Of a DNA stretch of 64,000 nt, positions 11,564 to 24,564 are shown piece after piece. The notes under the pieces are model-generated. The model made no database searches and was not told the DNA's origin. It saw nothing but the letters and a program-made list of their open reading frames with translations. Each line of letters opens with the position of its first letter. Position 1 is the first letter of the stretch. Both the position numbers and the translations under genes were made by a program. Source of the DNA: Camelus dromedarius (lineage: Eukaryota); NCBI RefSeq assembly GCF_036321535.1, contig NC_087437.1:34102001-34166000 (forward strand), read 5' to 3'.

Positions 11564-12234
11564 TATCATTAGATTCCTGTAGAGTGGCAGAGGGCACTCC
11601 AATGTCAGGCACATCCCTAAGTACTCAAGAAGGACAAGCAGGCTGTTGACAGCACAACCCCGTGTCCGCATCAGAGCAGACCCTGGTGAGGAATGGACCA
11701 CAGGGCGGTGATGTCACTCAGATCCAGGCTCTCACCAGAAACAGGTTGGGGTGGCGGTGGGCGGACAGTCAGGAAAAACAGGATGGGATTTTGTTCCTTT
11801 GACTTCTTGAGGCTTCAGTTTCCTCATTTATACAACAAATGGGCTAAGCCTGAAGTGCGCTTCTCCCATCCCTTCTGCTCAGCCTTTTGCCCTGGGCGGT
11901 GGGCTGCCTTCACTGCTGCTCCCCTGCTCTGACATGGCGTTGTTTTCTGACTGGCAGGAGCAAGCAACAGCTCCTAGACTCGCTGAAAAGCTGTCACCAC
12001 AGGCCTCAGCAGTCAGCGCACTGAATGTGCATCTTCTGGGGAAAAAGAAGCAGCATCAGAAATTCATCTTCATAACCAATAAGTGAAGACTGGCAAAGGA
12101 GAAAGACAAGACCAAAGGGAAGAATCTGCGGGGGGGGGGGGGGTTGTTTGTTTTTCCACTTAGCATCCCTTCCCTTCTTAGAATGAGAGACAACTGAGGG
12201 AACAAAAAGTCTTGCTCCAGGAGAGTAAATGGCA

Positions 12235-13120
12235 TGCATTTATTCACTCAGTCACTCATTCAACAAATATTTATCGAGTTTTCCAGGCCCCATCTCCTGT
12301 GTGAGGCTGAGGGCACCGCGGTGAAGGATGGGCGCGCTCCTGCCCTCAAGAAGCCCACGTTCTCCCAGGACAGGACAGACCTCACATAAGTAAGCATAAT
12401 AAACCAAATTTAGATGAAAAAGGTTATGTATATATATTTTAAATTTATTATTGTTGTTATTACTTAACGAGCTGTGGGAGAAAGGCACCATGTGCTGTGG
12501 TGAAGAATAACTGCAGGAAGTGTGCGGGGCGCCCCCCGACAAGTGAGATTTCAGCTGGAAGGTGGGGGAGGAGCAGGTGGCAGGAACCGCTCGGGGGGGG
12601 GGGTGTCTAGAAACAGGACACAGCAAGTCCAAAGAGTTGAGTCAGAAAGAGCTTGGCAAGTCCTAGAAGCCATCAGAAGACCAGCTGGCCAGGACCTGCT
12701 AACAAGAGGGTGAGTAAACTGAGTCTGAGGTTACTGGAGACGAGCCTGGATTCCGATGGCCACCGTGAGGAGTTCGGATTCTGTTCCAAGGGCAGCGGAG
12801 AGCTGTGTGTAAGGGGTTATAAGGAGGAGTTGACAGTATCTGATTTTTTCACATTCGTCTGGCTGCTGCATGGGGATGAGATTGCAGGAAGGCAGGAGAA
12901 ACCTGATGACAAGCAGACACGATGGCTATGGAGAGTGATGAATGGACTTGGGTTACGTCTTAGAAGCAAAAGGAGAGAACATGCTAATGGGTGAATGTTG
13001 GCAGTGCAGGAAAGGGAGGAATCAAGGATGACCCCAGATATTTGACCTGAGACACACATTTGTCTCATTTACCATTTACCATGGTGGGGAAAGCTGGAGG
13101 AAAAGTGAGTTCAAAGAAGG
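12235..13120 (-). mobile_element. L2 3' region
   Basis: CATTCAACAAATATTTATCGAG (reverse of the L2 3' end) followed by L2-like GAGGAATCAAGGATGACCCC. Confidence 0.65.
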
Positions 13121-14149
13121 AAAAACGGTTATATTAGTAAGTGACTAGGCTTGGGAAACACCCTCCTGGAAGGTCCCCATGAACACAGTGTCCCACGTCA
13201 CAGTGCTGGTCATGCCACTGCCCTGCCTGAAACACATCGACCACTTCTCAGTGCCACTGAGACACAAGGCAAAGTAGCATGGGGGCTAAGGTACTCCATG
13301 GTTTGGGTCCAACTTTAGTCCCCAGCTTCATCTCCTTCCTCTGCCTACGCACATTCTACCATCCTTTCATCATTATTATTGTTACTTCTGTCATTCCACA
13401 TAATTTGCTGCTGCTTAAACATGCCTTTCTCTTCTCATACCTTATGGCCTTTGAGCATATTGTTTTCCTTCTGTAGAACAGACTTCCTTCTTCATTCACT
13501 TGCTGAGCTCAACTCAGCTCACAAGTGATACCTCTTCCGAGAAGCCTTCCTTGATTGCTCCAAGCTGACTTGGGCATTTTCTAACTGGGCAACACAGTAT
13601 TAATTTAGAACACAAAACAGGAAGCCCGAGGCCCTGGGTTCAAATCCTGACTATATCACCCAGCAGCTGGAAGTTCCTCAAGGTCAAGGACTACACCTGG
13701 ATCCACCCTGTACCCCTAAAGCGCCTGGGGCAATGCTTGGCACAGAGTGCAGAGCTGCCTGGTGATCTCGTGAGGAGGTGTAATAGACTATTCAAGGCTT
13801 TGAATCCTCAAACTAAGTCCCCAGATCTTCCTTCTAAGTTGAGAGAATACTCTCCAGGAAGATCTATCAGACGTAGCTAAAGACCCAAAATGAACTATTG
13901 CACTCGTCTTCCTCCAGTATTTTCTCCTCTCCTCTTTTTTCTCATCCCACAGCTCTCCAAGCTGTAGAGCCAGCCCTTCCTTCCCTTCCCAAGCCCCTAA
14001 TGCCCCACTCCTTTTAGGGAGTTTAGGTGCTCACTTGGGGTCTGAAGGATCTCCAGATACACCTCAAGGATTCTTTACATTTCCCAGAACCTATCAACCC
14101 AAAATTAATTACTGAAAGCCTGCTCTGTGCCCACTACCAAGCTAATCAT

Positions 14150-14546
14150 CTTGGTGGATCACAGTTTTGTGCTATGGGGTGTGAAATAGATACAAATGCT
14201 GGAATCTTTTAAGAAAATAATATAAAAGGACAAATGCAAGTTGAGGAACAGAGTCTGAAAGGACAGGGTAAAGTGAAGGACTTTGAAGCTTTAACTTTAT
14301 TAGCTTCACATAAATCTGCTTCTAGATCAAGTGTTCTTAACCTATTTTGTGCCATTCAATAGTCTGGTAAAGCTATAGATCTCGTCTAGATTTTAAATGC
14401 ATAAAATACAGAACATTACAAAAGAAACTATTTATATTGAACTACAACTAGGAAATATATTCTAAAAACAAATTTGTGATATAGTGATCTATTTTTCTCT
14501 ATTAAGGCATTAAATACCAAGATCTCGGACAGGTCAAAGAACTCAG
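14150..14546. mobile_element. Adjacent hAT-type MITE remnants (MER53-like, then Charlie-type)
   Basis: AGCTTCACATAAATCTGCTTCT end, then CAAGTGTTCTTAACCT...CAGGTCAAAGAACTC degenerate terminal inverted repeats. Confidence 0.5.
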
Positions 14547-14559
14547 GCTTTCCCCTTTT

Positions 14560-15000
14560 TTTGTTTAATTGAAGTATAGTTGATTTACAGTGCTGTGTTA
14601 ATTTCTGGTGTACAGCATAGTGATTCAGTTATATATACATTCTTTTTCATATTATTTCTCACTATAGGCCATTACATGGTATTGAATATAGTTCCCTGTG
14701 CTATATATACAGTAGGTCCTTGTTGTTTATCTACTTTGTATATAGTAATATACAGACTCCTAATTTATCCCCCCCCCCAACTTTTCTCCTTTGGTAACCA
14801 TACATTTGTTTTCTATGTGAGTCTGTTTCTGTTTTGTAAGTTCATTTGTGCCATTTTTTTAGATTCTGCATATAAGTGGTATCATATGATACTTGTCTTT
14901 CTCTGTCTGACTTTCTTCACTTAGTTTGATAATCTCTAGGTCCATTCATATTGCTGCAAATGGCAGTATTTCATTCTTTTTTATGGCTGAGTAGTATTAC

Positions 15001-15059
<59 letters not shown>

Positions 15060-15287
15060 GTGTTTATATCACATCTTCTTTATCCAGTCATTTGTGGATG
15101 GACGTTTAGGTTGCTTCTATGTCTTGGCTGTTACAAATAGAGTTGATGTCAACACTGGGGTGCATGTATCTTTTCAGTTTAGAGTTTCCTCCAGATATAT
15201 GCCTAGGAGTGGGATTGCTGGATCATATAGTAAGTTTATTTTTACTTTCTTAAGGAATCTCCATAGTGTCTTCCACAGTGGCTGCAT
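14560..15287 (-). mobile_element. 5'-truncated L1 with TSD
   Basis: Collinear with the 2340-3240 copy. TSD GCTTTCCCCTTTT (14547) / GCTTTCCCTTCTT (15288). Confidence 0.92.
15003..15062. repeat. (TG)18 TT (TG)11 microsatellite inside L1
   Basis: Directly visible. Confidence 0.95.
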
Positions 15288-17534
15288 GCTTTCCCTTCTT
15301 TAGAAGAATTTCCCTATTATGAGTTCAGCATCCACCTTGTCTCAGTAACTAGCACCCTCTTGGGCACGTCACCCATAGGCGAGCTGAACACCCTGCAATG
15401 TTCACAGCTGGGCCAGCTCGTGGGTCCTTCTGCTCTCTCTCCAGTTCCCAGGAGTAGTGGCGCCCACTTGACAGTTTGAGCCATAATCACATGCACCCCA
15501 CGTTTATATTCTCCAGATTTCTTTCTTACTCAACTATCCGAAAGATCTCATGTTAGTCTGGACATTTGCACTGCGTGCTAGGAGGCAGAGGGAGAAAGAA
15601 AAATGGCAAGATTCACGGTCTGCAAATCTGGGTTCAACTAGTCAAGTGATCTTAGCAACCATGGCAAATCAAATCTCCAAAACGGACAGAAGAAAGGTTC
15701 CTGCCCTGCAGGGGTGTTCTGTGCATGGGAAGCTATGTTAAAAGCACTTTGGTAACTAAAATTTTCCATGAAAAAGTTACATAATTTGACCTCCTGAGAA
15801 AGGAAGGGAGAATATTGACTTTAGTGATGCTTCTAGTCATCTATTCTCTCAATATTGTGAGAAGTGCTTTAAAATTCATTGCCTGGTTTATTAAAATTGA
15901 TTGTCTGACATAGTATGTGCTCTGCCCCAAATCACTCAATGGAGCAAAGCAGGACTGGGTTCAAACTCAGGTCCCTGGGTTCTGACTCCATGAGCTTTTC
16001 CCTCCTGCTGGGCAGCTGGGTTCTAGGTCAGCTGGGAGCCGGTCTCCCTGCGCAGGGGGCCGGGCCACACATTTCTGGTTGGGTCATCCAAATTCTGGTT
16101 GTCCCCATTTCCTTCATGGCTTCGGTGCTCCCCAAGACCACAAATTCATCTGTTAAGACAGAAGAGGCCGCTCCCTTTTCCCGAAGGCTGTGGCAGCTGG
16201 GCTGTGGGCCAGCTGTTAGCAGCAGAGGGAAACCGGCACTTACTTCTTCGTAACAAGTCTTCACGCCTCTTTAAAGGATCCTCCCCAAGCAATTCATGCA
16301 TACATGCAAACTGTCCTGAGTACCTACTCTGTGTCAGGCACTCTCCCAGGCCCTTTGAGGGGACAAAGCTAACCCTGACCTTGAGAGCTCCCAGATGGGC
16401 AGTGGTGGACTCAGGATTTGGATCCAGGCATGTTATGAATTTTATATCAGAAGGGTTCTCAGAGTTCACCAGGTCCAGTCTTCCCTTTTCACAGATGAAA
16501 ATGCTGCCTCTGTATATACTAGGTGCCAAGCAGTATTCTAAGGACTTTAAACATGTGAAAAGGGTACAAGAGAAAAAAAAATGAAGCAAAGAACTTTTAA
16601 GTAACTTGCTGAAGAGCACATAGCCAGGCATAAATGGCCAAGCTGGGATTTGAACCAGGATAATGCAGCTTCAGTATCCACACTCGCAGCCTGCCTCACC
16701 AAAGGAGGAGCAGGGTGCCGGCCCACTGGGAGCTGCAGCCACAGGCCCCTCTGCCAGGTTGCCGGGCCTTCCCCCACACCTGTTAGGATGCTCCCCCCAT
16801 CATCTGGCGGGCCAGACCTGGCCCAGTCTTGAGCCAGAGAGCAGAGATGCTATCAGTGACAGCCCCTGAGAACAAACAAGAGAGGTGGTTTGTTCTTTGC
16901 TATTTTTTCCCAGCCCTTAGTCAGCCTAGAGTGGTTGGTTTCCCAGCATCTCTCAAGTACACAGAAATACCCACAAGACACAGTGGAGACCAAGCAAATA
17001 ACACCACCCCCCACCCTTCCATTTGAGCCCCCTCCACTCTCTTCTTTCAAATCCCGCAGCCTCCTTTGCCCTTGACCTGACTTAGAAAGAATAAATCATC
17101 AGTCTGCCATTAAGGCTGACATTTGAGTGGAGGGACGTCAGCAGATGGGTTGAGACAGATCTGTTGATTGGATCCAGGCAGCTCATGAGATGGGGAGTCA
17201 AAAGCCCACTCCAGGTGGCTCCCAGGCAAAGCGCTCCAGCTGGCCATGGGCAGGGCAGGCCTGTGGAATCCAGACAGCGGCCTTCAGGCTGCCAGCCCTG
17301 AGTCTTGGCTGCAGAGTCACTCTCTTCTCCCCAGTAGTACATTTTTGCAGCTCCTTCCTGCTGTTGGAAAAGACCAGACTCTGGGTTTCCTCTGTTCTGA
17401 TGTTTCCAGGTCCTGGTTATGTCGGTATCAGCCTCTCTCATACATGTGCAATACAAGGAACCTGGCCTGGAAAGCCCCCTGACTCTGCTGCTGCTTTTAG
17501 GGTCTCCCAGTTGCTTTCAGGCCATCATTTCTCC

Positions 17535-18000
17535 CATATTTATTGAGCATCTACTATGTGCCAGGCATTGTGCTAAATGCCAGAGATCAAGTAGTGAAGA
17601 AGGCAAATATGGTCCCTGCCACTAAGGAAATTATAGTCCAGTGGGGACACAGGCAATCATGACAAAGACTAACAGGAACAGGGCTAGGGAACTTAGCCTT
17701 ACCTGGGTGGCCAGGGAAGGCTTCCTGGAAGAAGAGCTATCTAATCTGAGATGTGAAGAATCAGTGAGGCTTAACTAAGAAGTAAGAGGAAGGAGAACTG
17801 AGAAAGTATTTGAGGTAGAGAGGAGCATATGCAGAGGCCTTCACGAGAAGAAACCTCTGGCTTTCAAGAAACGTTGTGAAGAGGTGAGAGGCAGGATTGT
17901 CATGGAATCTGGTGAAAGGCTGGAGAGATTACAAAGAGCTGCAGACCAAGCTGGAGGTTGGATTTATGAAGACAATAGAGGCCTTTATTGGGTTTTATGT
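17535..18000 (-). mobile_element. L2 3' region
   Basis: ATATTTATTGAGCATCTACTATGTGCCAGGCATTGTGCTA...GGTGGCCAGGGAAGGCTTCCTGGAAGA. Confidence 0.75.
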
Positions 18001-19210
18001 AAGCAAGAGTGTGTCTGGCTAACCCTTTGTCATTCCTGAGGCCATGATTCAAGTTCATTAAGTGACCTTGGCCGTTCAGCTTCTATGTCACTTCCACAGA
18101 AAAGCTTTCTTTGAGCTCCTTAGCTTGCACGAGGAGGAGGGACAGAGCTCTGGCTTGAGTGAAGGTTGGACATTTTGACTGACCTAGGCTGTGACCGTGA
18201 AGCTATGGGACCTGGCTGGGCTGAACCCTGATGGAGGACTCAGCCGGCCTCAGTCAGCCCAAGCTCTTGGAAAACTAAAGCTTCCAACTTATCATCAAGA
18301 GAGAAGCCCTTCGCTCAAACCAGTTCCACAAGTTCAGGGACTGCCTGTCTCCCCTGCGACAGTGAACACCAGAGGGAACCAAAGCCGGACCTTTGAGGAA
18401 GAGGTTTGAGGAGACTGTGGGCGTTTCTCATAAAAGAGTAAACAGGGACTTTCATTTTCTCCTGGGCTTAGGGGCAGGTACAAAGAGCAACAACAAAATA
18501 TTGAGCCTTTTCACCAGAAATGGCATTACTCTCACAACAAACCACACTGCTGGAGTCTCATTACTCAACACGAGTGGCTTAAAAACCCCGCAGGGCTTAG
18601 CAGTAACGGTGAGAGAAGTGAAAGCAGGGAAGACCTGTGAGCTCATGCGGTGGGGGTGCCTGTGGAAGGGCAGGACCCGGCACTCATTCTGGAAGCCAAA
18701 ATAAAGAAGAGGCGCCAACAAGGAGTTGGTTGGAAGAAAGCTGGTCACCTCAGAAAGAAGGAAACTAAAAAGCCCACAAATGTGAGTTGTGGTTCTGTGA
18801 GTGGAGCCAGGGTGAGTGGAATTTCCTCTCACTGTTCAGGAAGGAGATTTCATGAGGCAGGTCTCCAAGACAGAAAGCAATGATTCATCACCACAGTGCT
18901 CTGTTTCTGCCTGTGATCCATCCTCAGAGGGCCCTCATGTAGAGATGAGGCCCCAGTGCTCAAAAGTTCCCATTAGTCTCTACCCTCCAAAGGCCCCTGT
19001 GAAAAGACTGACGAAAACTTGACAAATGTAAATATTAATTGTGTGTTGGATGATGAGCTCTTCTCAAGCAAGAAATAGCAGTCATTTTATAAATGTGTAT
19101 AAAATAAACATTGCCCCTTGGAAGCATGTCTTGCCACCTGTAACACCACAACTCAAGTGCTCAGCTTTGAGGTCCACCCAGGCTCTGGGTTCTTAGAGGA
19201 GAGTATTTCT

Positions 19211-19876
19211 TGATGCAGATCTGACTGGCATGGACTAGCATGGACCGGCTTTGACTAAATCTGGCTTCTAAAAATAAGTTCAGAAACCAAGTGCGTGACA
19301 CAGCAATTAGCACCAAGATGGCAGAAAAGTCAACTCCCAAGAGAACTGGAGGCCCAAGATAGTGGGAGGGTGGACCTCCAGTGAACCTTGAGCTTCATAA
19401 TACACACATTGTACCCACATGGTGAATGACACACCCACAAGCTCCATGACAGTTCCAAAGCTAACCATGAAAAATCAAAGAGAGGGTCGTAGCCCAATTC
19501 CTGGGAATCCCTGCCCCTTCCCCAAAGTAGTTGGAATAATTCTTAGCATATAAAAACTAGCAATACCTCACCTCTCAGTCTCAAGCTCTCTCTCTCTCTT
19601 TCCATCTGAACCAGCCCACACTCTGTCTACGGAGTGTGTATCTACTTCTACTTTAACCCCCTCACCCACCCACGCCGGGTAGCCTCATGGCCTTTCTCTT
19701 GCCTTGGCCTGCACTCTGTCTATGGAGTGTACATCTCTCTAAATGTATCTGCTTTTACTCGTTCTTGAATTCTTTCCTGCACGAAGACAAGGACCCTCTC
19801 TTGGTAGGATGCAACCCAAGGGCTTGTCTGAGACCTGGAACATGGCCATCCTCTCTCGCCCCATTTTCCTGTATCA
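19211..19876 (+). mobile_element. Solo ERV LTR, copy A (5' boundary uncertain)
   Basis: Aligns from about 19296 to the 28593-29212 LTR. TGATGCAG...CTGTATCA inverted ends, TATAAAA 19549-19555, no primer-binding site downstream. Confidence 0.8.
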
Positions 19877-21158
19877 AAGAGACTCTTTAGTGATCAATGA
19901 AAATGATAAATGGGCTGCAAAAATGATCATTACATGGGAAGGCAACATAAATTGAGATCATTTTTTGGTCTGAAGAGGTAGGTTGAAGATGAAAAGCTTG
20001 GGGGAGCTGGTGGGGCTTTGGGGAGCAGAGCACTTGATAACAGTAATCAGATATATTAAACGTTATGTGCAAGATGTGAGTAGGGTCTTTTCAAATCCAC
20101 AAGGGAAAAATAAGAAAATGTATTTAAATAACCACTCAGTCTTCTAACCCATTTTTCATACCCTACAGCCCCCTGCTTCAAAAGCTATTTAAAGAACCTG
20201 GAAGTTTGTGTTTCAAGACCAGGTACACTCTTAACTCTTTCTACGGCTGTCTCTCTGTAGCTATCACTTTCCAAAATGGCTGCCAAATAACCTTTGACCA
20301 CTGTTTAGCAGCATATGAGATCATTAGAAAAATATATTTCCATGTGAGTGACACATTGTCTCAGCTATCACTTCTGCCCTTGAAAGTCCCCTTGCTACCC
20401 ATGGCCAAGGTCATTGGTGCCTTATAAAATGGTGATAAACAGGCTGCAAAAATTTCAAGAACTCTCTGGGCTTCTGTCACATTATATTTGGATTTAAGCC
20501 CTCTTACTCTAGTCTGGTTTCCTAAGATGCCATTCTGTTGCCCCAAACCTGGAGTCTCCACAGAGCCTCTGGATGGATGACTCAGTTGTCCTGAAACTTT
20601 CATTTTGTTTTTTGGTTCAGCCCAATTTCACTTGCTGTCTCATCTTCGGTTTCGTAGTTTACAGTCTATGGGCAAATCCCACGCAATGTTATCGGTCAAA
20701 TCCAACCCAAACGTCATCAGTCAGCTCCAACACCACAGTTCAGCTCCCGGAGGAAGGCTCCTAATTTTCTAGAGGGAGGAGCCTTCAAGTACTCTTGGCT
20801 GGAATGCTAACATAAGCACAGGAAGACCCTGTCAACATCTCACAAATGGCGTTCTTTGAAACAAGTCATGTTACTGAATTGCACTAACACCAGGATTCCA
20901 TGATCAGAAAATGGGGGGAATGCTGGGTTTAAGTTTATCACTCTATCTCAGTGCCTAGAACAGTACTTGACACGTAATAAATCTACAATAAGGATTGTTA
21001 ATTGAATATGTGAATCAAATACATATCTGCAGGACTTCTCAGAACCTTTAAAGTACTGGTGTGCATTATAAACCTCTCAGAGGGTGACAGTTTGCTCAGA
21101 ACTTGCCCAAGGGATCCCTTTCTTATTTTTCACCAAATACCAATTAACAACTTAAAGT

Positions 21159-21264
21159 GGGGAGGATATAGCTCAGTGGTAGGGTGCATGCTTATCACAC
21201 AGAGGTCCTGGGTTCAATCCCCAGGAACTTTGTTAGTTAATAAATAAATAAACTTAAAAAAAAA
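21159..21264 (+). mobile_element. vic-1-like SINE (short form)
   Basis: GGGGAGGATATAGCTCAGTGGTAG...GAGGTCCTGGGTTCAATCCCCAG plus A-tail. Confidence 0.88.
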
Positions 21265-21799
21265 TCCCATGGAACACCACTATAAACTCAGTCTAGGAAA
21301 TGGTAACCTAATTCCTTTTTGCCCTCCAGTGTGATTTAGCCACTGTTTTAGCCAATCATATCTTTGAAGCCAAAGCTACTTAAAAATAAATAACTGTTTT
21401 TTATAACACATATTTTCCTCCAAACCATGAAGGGGAGTTTCCTAGCTGTGCAATCAGTTTTTTAAATAGTCTCCCAAAAGAGCACCACAGGAAAGAATTA
21501 TTGGCCCTTTAGAGGAGCCATATGTATCAAAGATCCTGAGTGACTGGTTGAATCCCAAGAAATGAAGGCTATTTGGAGATTTGCTACTGTTATTTTCTGA
21601 CCAAAAATACCTGATTCAAATGAATGTAGGTACCCACAGTTTTAATATCAATATGGTTTTCATGCAGTAGTTTTAAATTAAAGATCTTTTTTCCTAGAAG
21701 TTTGAGTGCCACAGAGAACATAGACATGCCTCAGTTTCTCATGCTTTACAAGACATCTGCCTCTGCCTGTGGATGCTGAGAAAATTCCTGAGCCACTCA

Positions 21800-22690
21800 T
21801 ACACTCAACAACAGAAAAACCAAACACTCTGATTAAAAAACAGGCAGAGAATCTGAATAGTCATTTTTCCAGAGAAGACATACAGATGGACAACAGGCAC
21901 ATGAAAAGATGCTCAACATCACTGGTTATTAGGGAAATGCAAACCAATACCACAGCAAGACATCACTTCACACCTGTTAGAATGGCAATTATTAAAAAGA
22001 CAAGAAAAAGCAAGTGTTGGAGATGATGTGGAGAAAAGAGAACCCTTATTTACTATTGATAGGACTGTAAATTGGTACAGCCACTACAGAAAACAGTATG
22101 GACACCCCTTTAAAAATTAAAATATGGCCCAAATATTCCAATTCTGGGTATTTATCCAAAGGAAAAAAAAAACTTTAATTTAAAAAGATATATATACTCG
22201 TAATGTTCATTGCAGCATTATTTACAACAGCCAAGATATAGCAACAAACTGTGTCCATCAATGCGTGAATGAATAAAGAAGATGTGGTATACATATGCAA
22301 TGGAATAATACTCAGCCATAAAAAAGAGTGAGGTACTGCCATTTGCAACAACATGGATGGACCTTGAAGGTATTATGATAAGTGAAATAAGTCAGACAGA
22401 GAAAGACAAATACTGTGTGATTCCATTCATATGTGGAATCTTTAAAACAAAATAAAACAAAACAAATGAATAAACAAGACAAAAACAAACTCATAGATAC
22501 AGAGATCAGATTAGTGGTTACCAGAGGGACAAGGGTTGAGGGGTAAGTGAAATGAGTGAAGGGGGTAAACTATTTGGTGATGGATAGTAAATAGACTTGC
22601 AGTCCAGTGTGGTGATAGTGTGGTGATCACTTTTTAGTGTATAGAGATGTCAAAGTATAATGCTGTACACCTGAAAAGCTATATATGTAT
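21800..22690 (+). mobile_element. L1 ORF2 C-terminus plus 3' UTR
   Basis: ORF track 21769-22026 HFSREDIQM..RHMKRCSTSLVIREMQ..HFTPVRMAIIKK..KCW is L1 ORF2. Confidence 0.92.
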
Positions 22691-22974
22691 TTTAAATGCC
22701 TGAACCAATAGATGTAAAGAATCTACAGCTTTCATGCATCTGTGTTTTATATGTATTCACAATTAATTATAACAATATTTTACCTACCAAGAAATGACTT
22801 ATCAGGAGCAGTCAAAAAATATGAAGTAGGAATGATCTCAGAGTGGCCAAAAGAAATATCTATCTCATGGTTTTGCCCTGAAGTTTATGCACCTTCTTTT
22901 TTGTAGTGATTATCATATCTTTACTCAGAGCCATTGTTTTTTTTTTTTTGGTAATCACCTGGACAACTTCTCAA

Positions 22975-23345
22975 TTTTTTTATTTAAATTTTTATACAGT
23001 TTTTAAAGGGTACCTTCCATTTACAGTTATTGCAAAATATTGGCTACATTCCCTGTGTTGTACAAGACATCCTTGAGCCAATCTTACACCCAGTAGTTTG
23101 TACCTCCTGCTCCTCCATCCCTATATTGCACCCTCCTCCACTGGTAACCACTAGTTTATTCTCTGAATCTGTGAGTCTGCTTCTTTTTTGTTATATTCAA
23201 TAGTTTGTTGCATATATTTTTTAATTCTACATATAAGTGATATCCTACAGTACTTATCTTTCTCTGACTTATTTCATTAAGCATAATTTCCTCCAAGTCT
23301 ATCCACGTTGCTGCAAATGGCAAAATTTCATTCTTTTTTATGAGA
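22975..23345 (-). mobile_element. L1 3' fragment
   Basis: ILPFAATWIDLE peptide on the minus strand and a typical 3' UTR. Confidence 0.88.
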
Positions 23346-23400
23346 GCCACCATATTTTATCTCACATACAATTCTAACAGGTTTAAGAACTAGCTTAAAA

Positions 23401-23674
23401 TGTCTGGGAGGGATAAATTAGGGGTTGGGAAATAAAGGCACACATTACCATATATAAAATAGATAAACAACAAGGACCTACAATATAGCACAGGGAACTA
23501 TACTCAATATCTTGAAATAACACATAATGAAAAAGAATCTGAAAAGAAAAAATATATACGTATGTATGTGTATAACTGAATCACTTTGCTGTGCACCTGA
23601 AAACTAACATTGTGAATCAATTACATTTCAATAAAATAATAATAACAACAACAACAACAACAACAATAATAATA
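23401..23674 (+). mobile_element. L1 3' fragment with (AAT/AAC)n tail and TSD
   Basis: TSD AAGAACTAGCTTAAAA (23385-23400) / AAGAACTGGTTTAAAA (23675-23690), TT|AAGA endonuclease-like site. Confidence 0.9.
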
Positions 23675-24399
23675 AAGAACTGGTTTAAAAGTTTAAAAAC
23701 AAGTTTAAAATTCTAAGAATTTTTTCCCAAAAAAATAAACCTGGGCTCTTCAGCATGATGGACAAATGACCTTACTGCAATGATCTGTTTAACCTGTTGT
23801 CCTGGCAGGCCTTTCGTTTGGATAGCTGTGGGCTCTATCTCTTTACACCTGTAAATCCGGCCCATGTCTCAACTCTGGAAGCAATCCTCACCGGGCAGGA
23901 CAGGAAGGATAAGGAGCTCTGGTCCACTTTCTCAGCAGCTCAGCCTTACACTGGTTTCAGAGTCCTGCTCGGACAGAAGTAGTTCAAGTTGCCCATAAGT
24001 GGGCTCTGCATATTCTGGAGATATATCCCTGTCTTGTTCTAACCTTGGCCCTTTGAAGTCAGTTTTAAACCAATCTACTTTAGGACACTCTAAATTGAAG
24101 GCTGGTTTTTTTTTTTTTTTTCCTTTAAGAATGATGACTCCATTTTTCAAAAACAAAAATTAGGACTTAAAATCTGATGACAAATAATTTTCTGGCTTGA
24201 GTATCACATTTAGTGGCACATTTAATAAATTATCTTTATTGAAGCAAAATCCGAATAAAGAAATAAATTCAGGTATTTATTTATATTTATATATATCATC
24301 TACATAATTATTAAACATTAGAAATTGGAATTTTCCTTTGAAATCTGGGTTATATGGCCCTTGTTTTCAGATAACTGTAAGTAGACATATTTGCTTCTT

Positions 24400-24542
24400 T
24401 TTTTAATTAAAAAAAATTTCGGGGGGTAATTAGGTTTATTTATTTGTTTGTTTGCTTATTTAATGAAGATATTGAGGATTGAACCAGGACCTTGAGCATG
24501 CTAGGCACACACTCTACTACTGAGCTATACCCTCCCCCACCC
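24400..24542 (-). mobile_element. vic-1-like SINE
   Basis: Reverse head CTGAGCTATACCCTCCCC. Perfect 14-bp TSD CATATTTGCTTCTT (24386-24399 / 24543-24556). Confidence 0.92.
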
Positions 24543-24564
24543 CATATTTGCTTCTTGAATTAAC

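Noticed and set aside
16099..16631. Two overlapping 161-aa ORFs on opposite strands
   Set aside because: They run through L2/MIR-like fragments, with no recognisable homology or supporting splice structure
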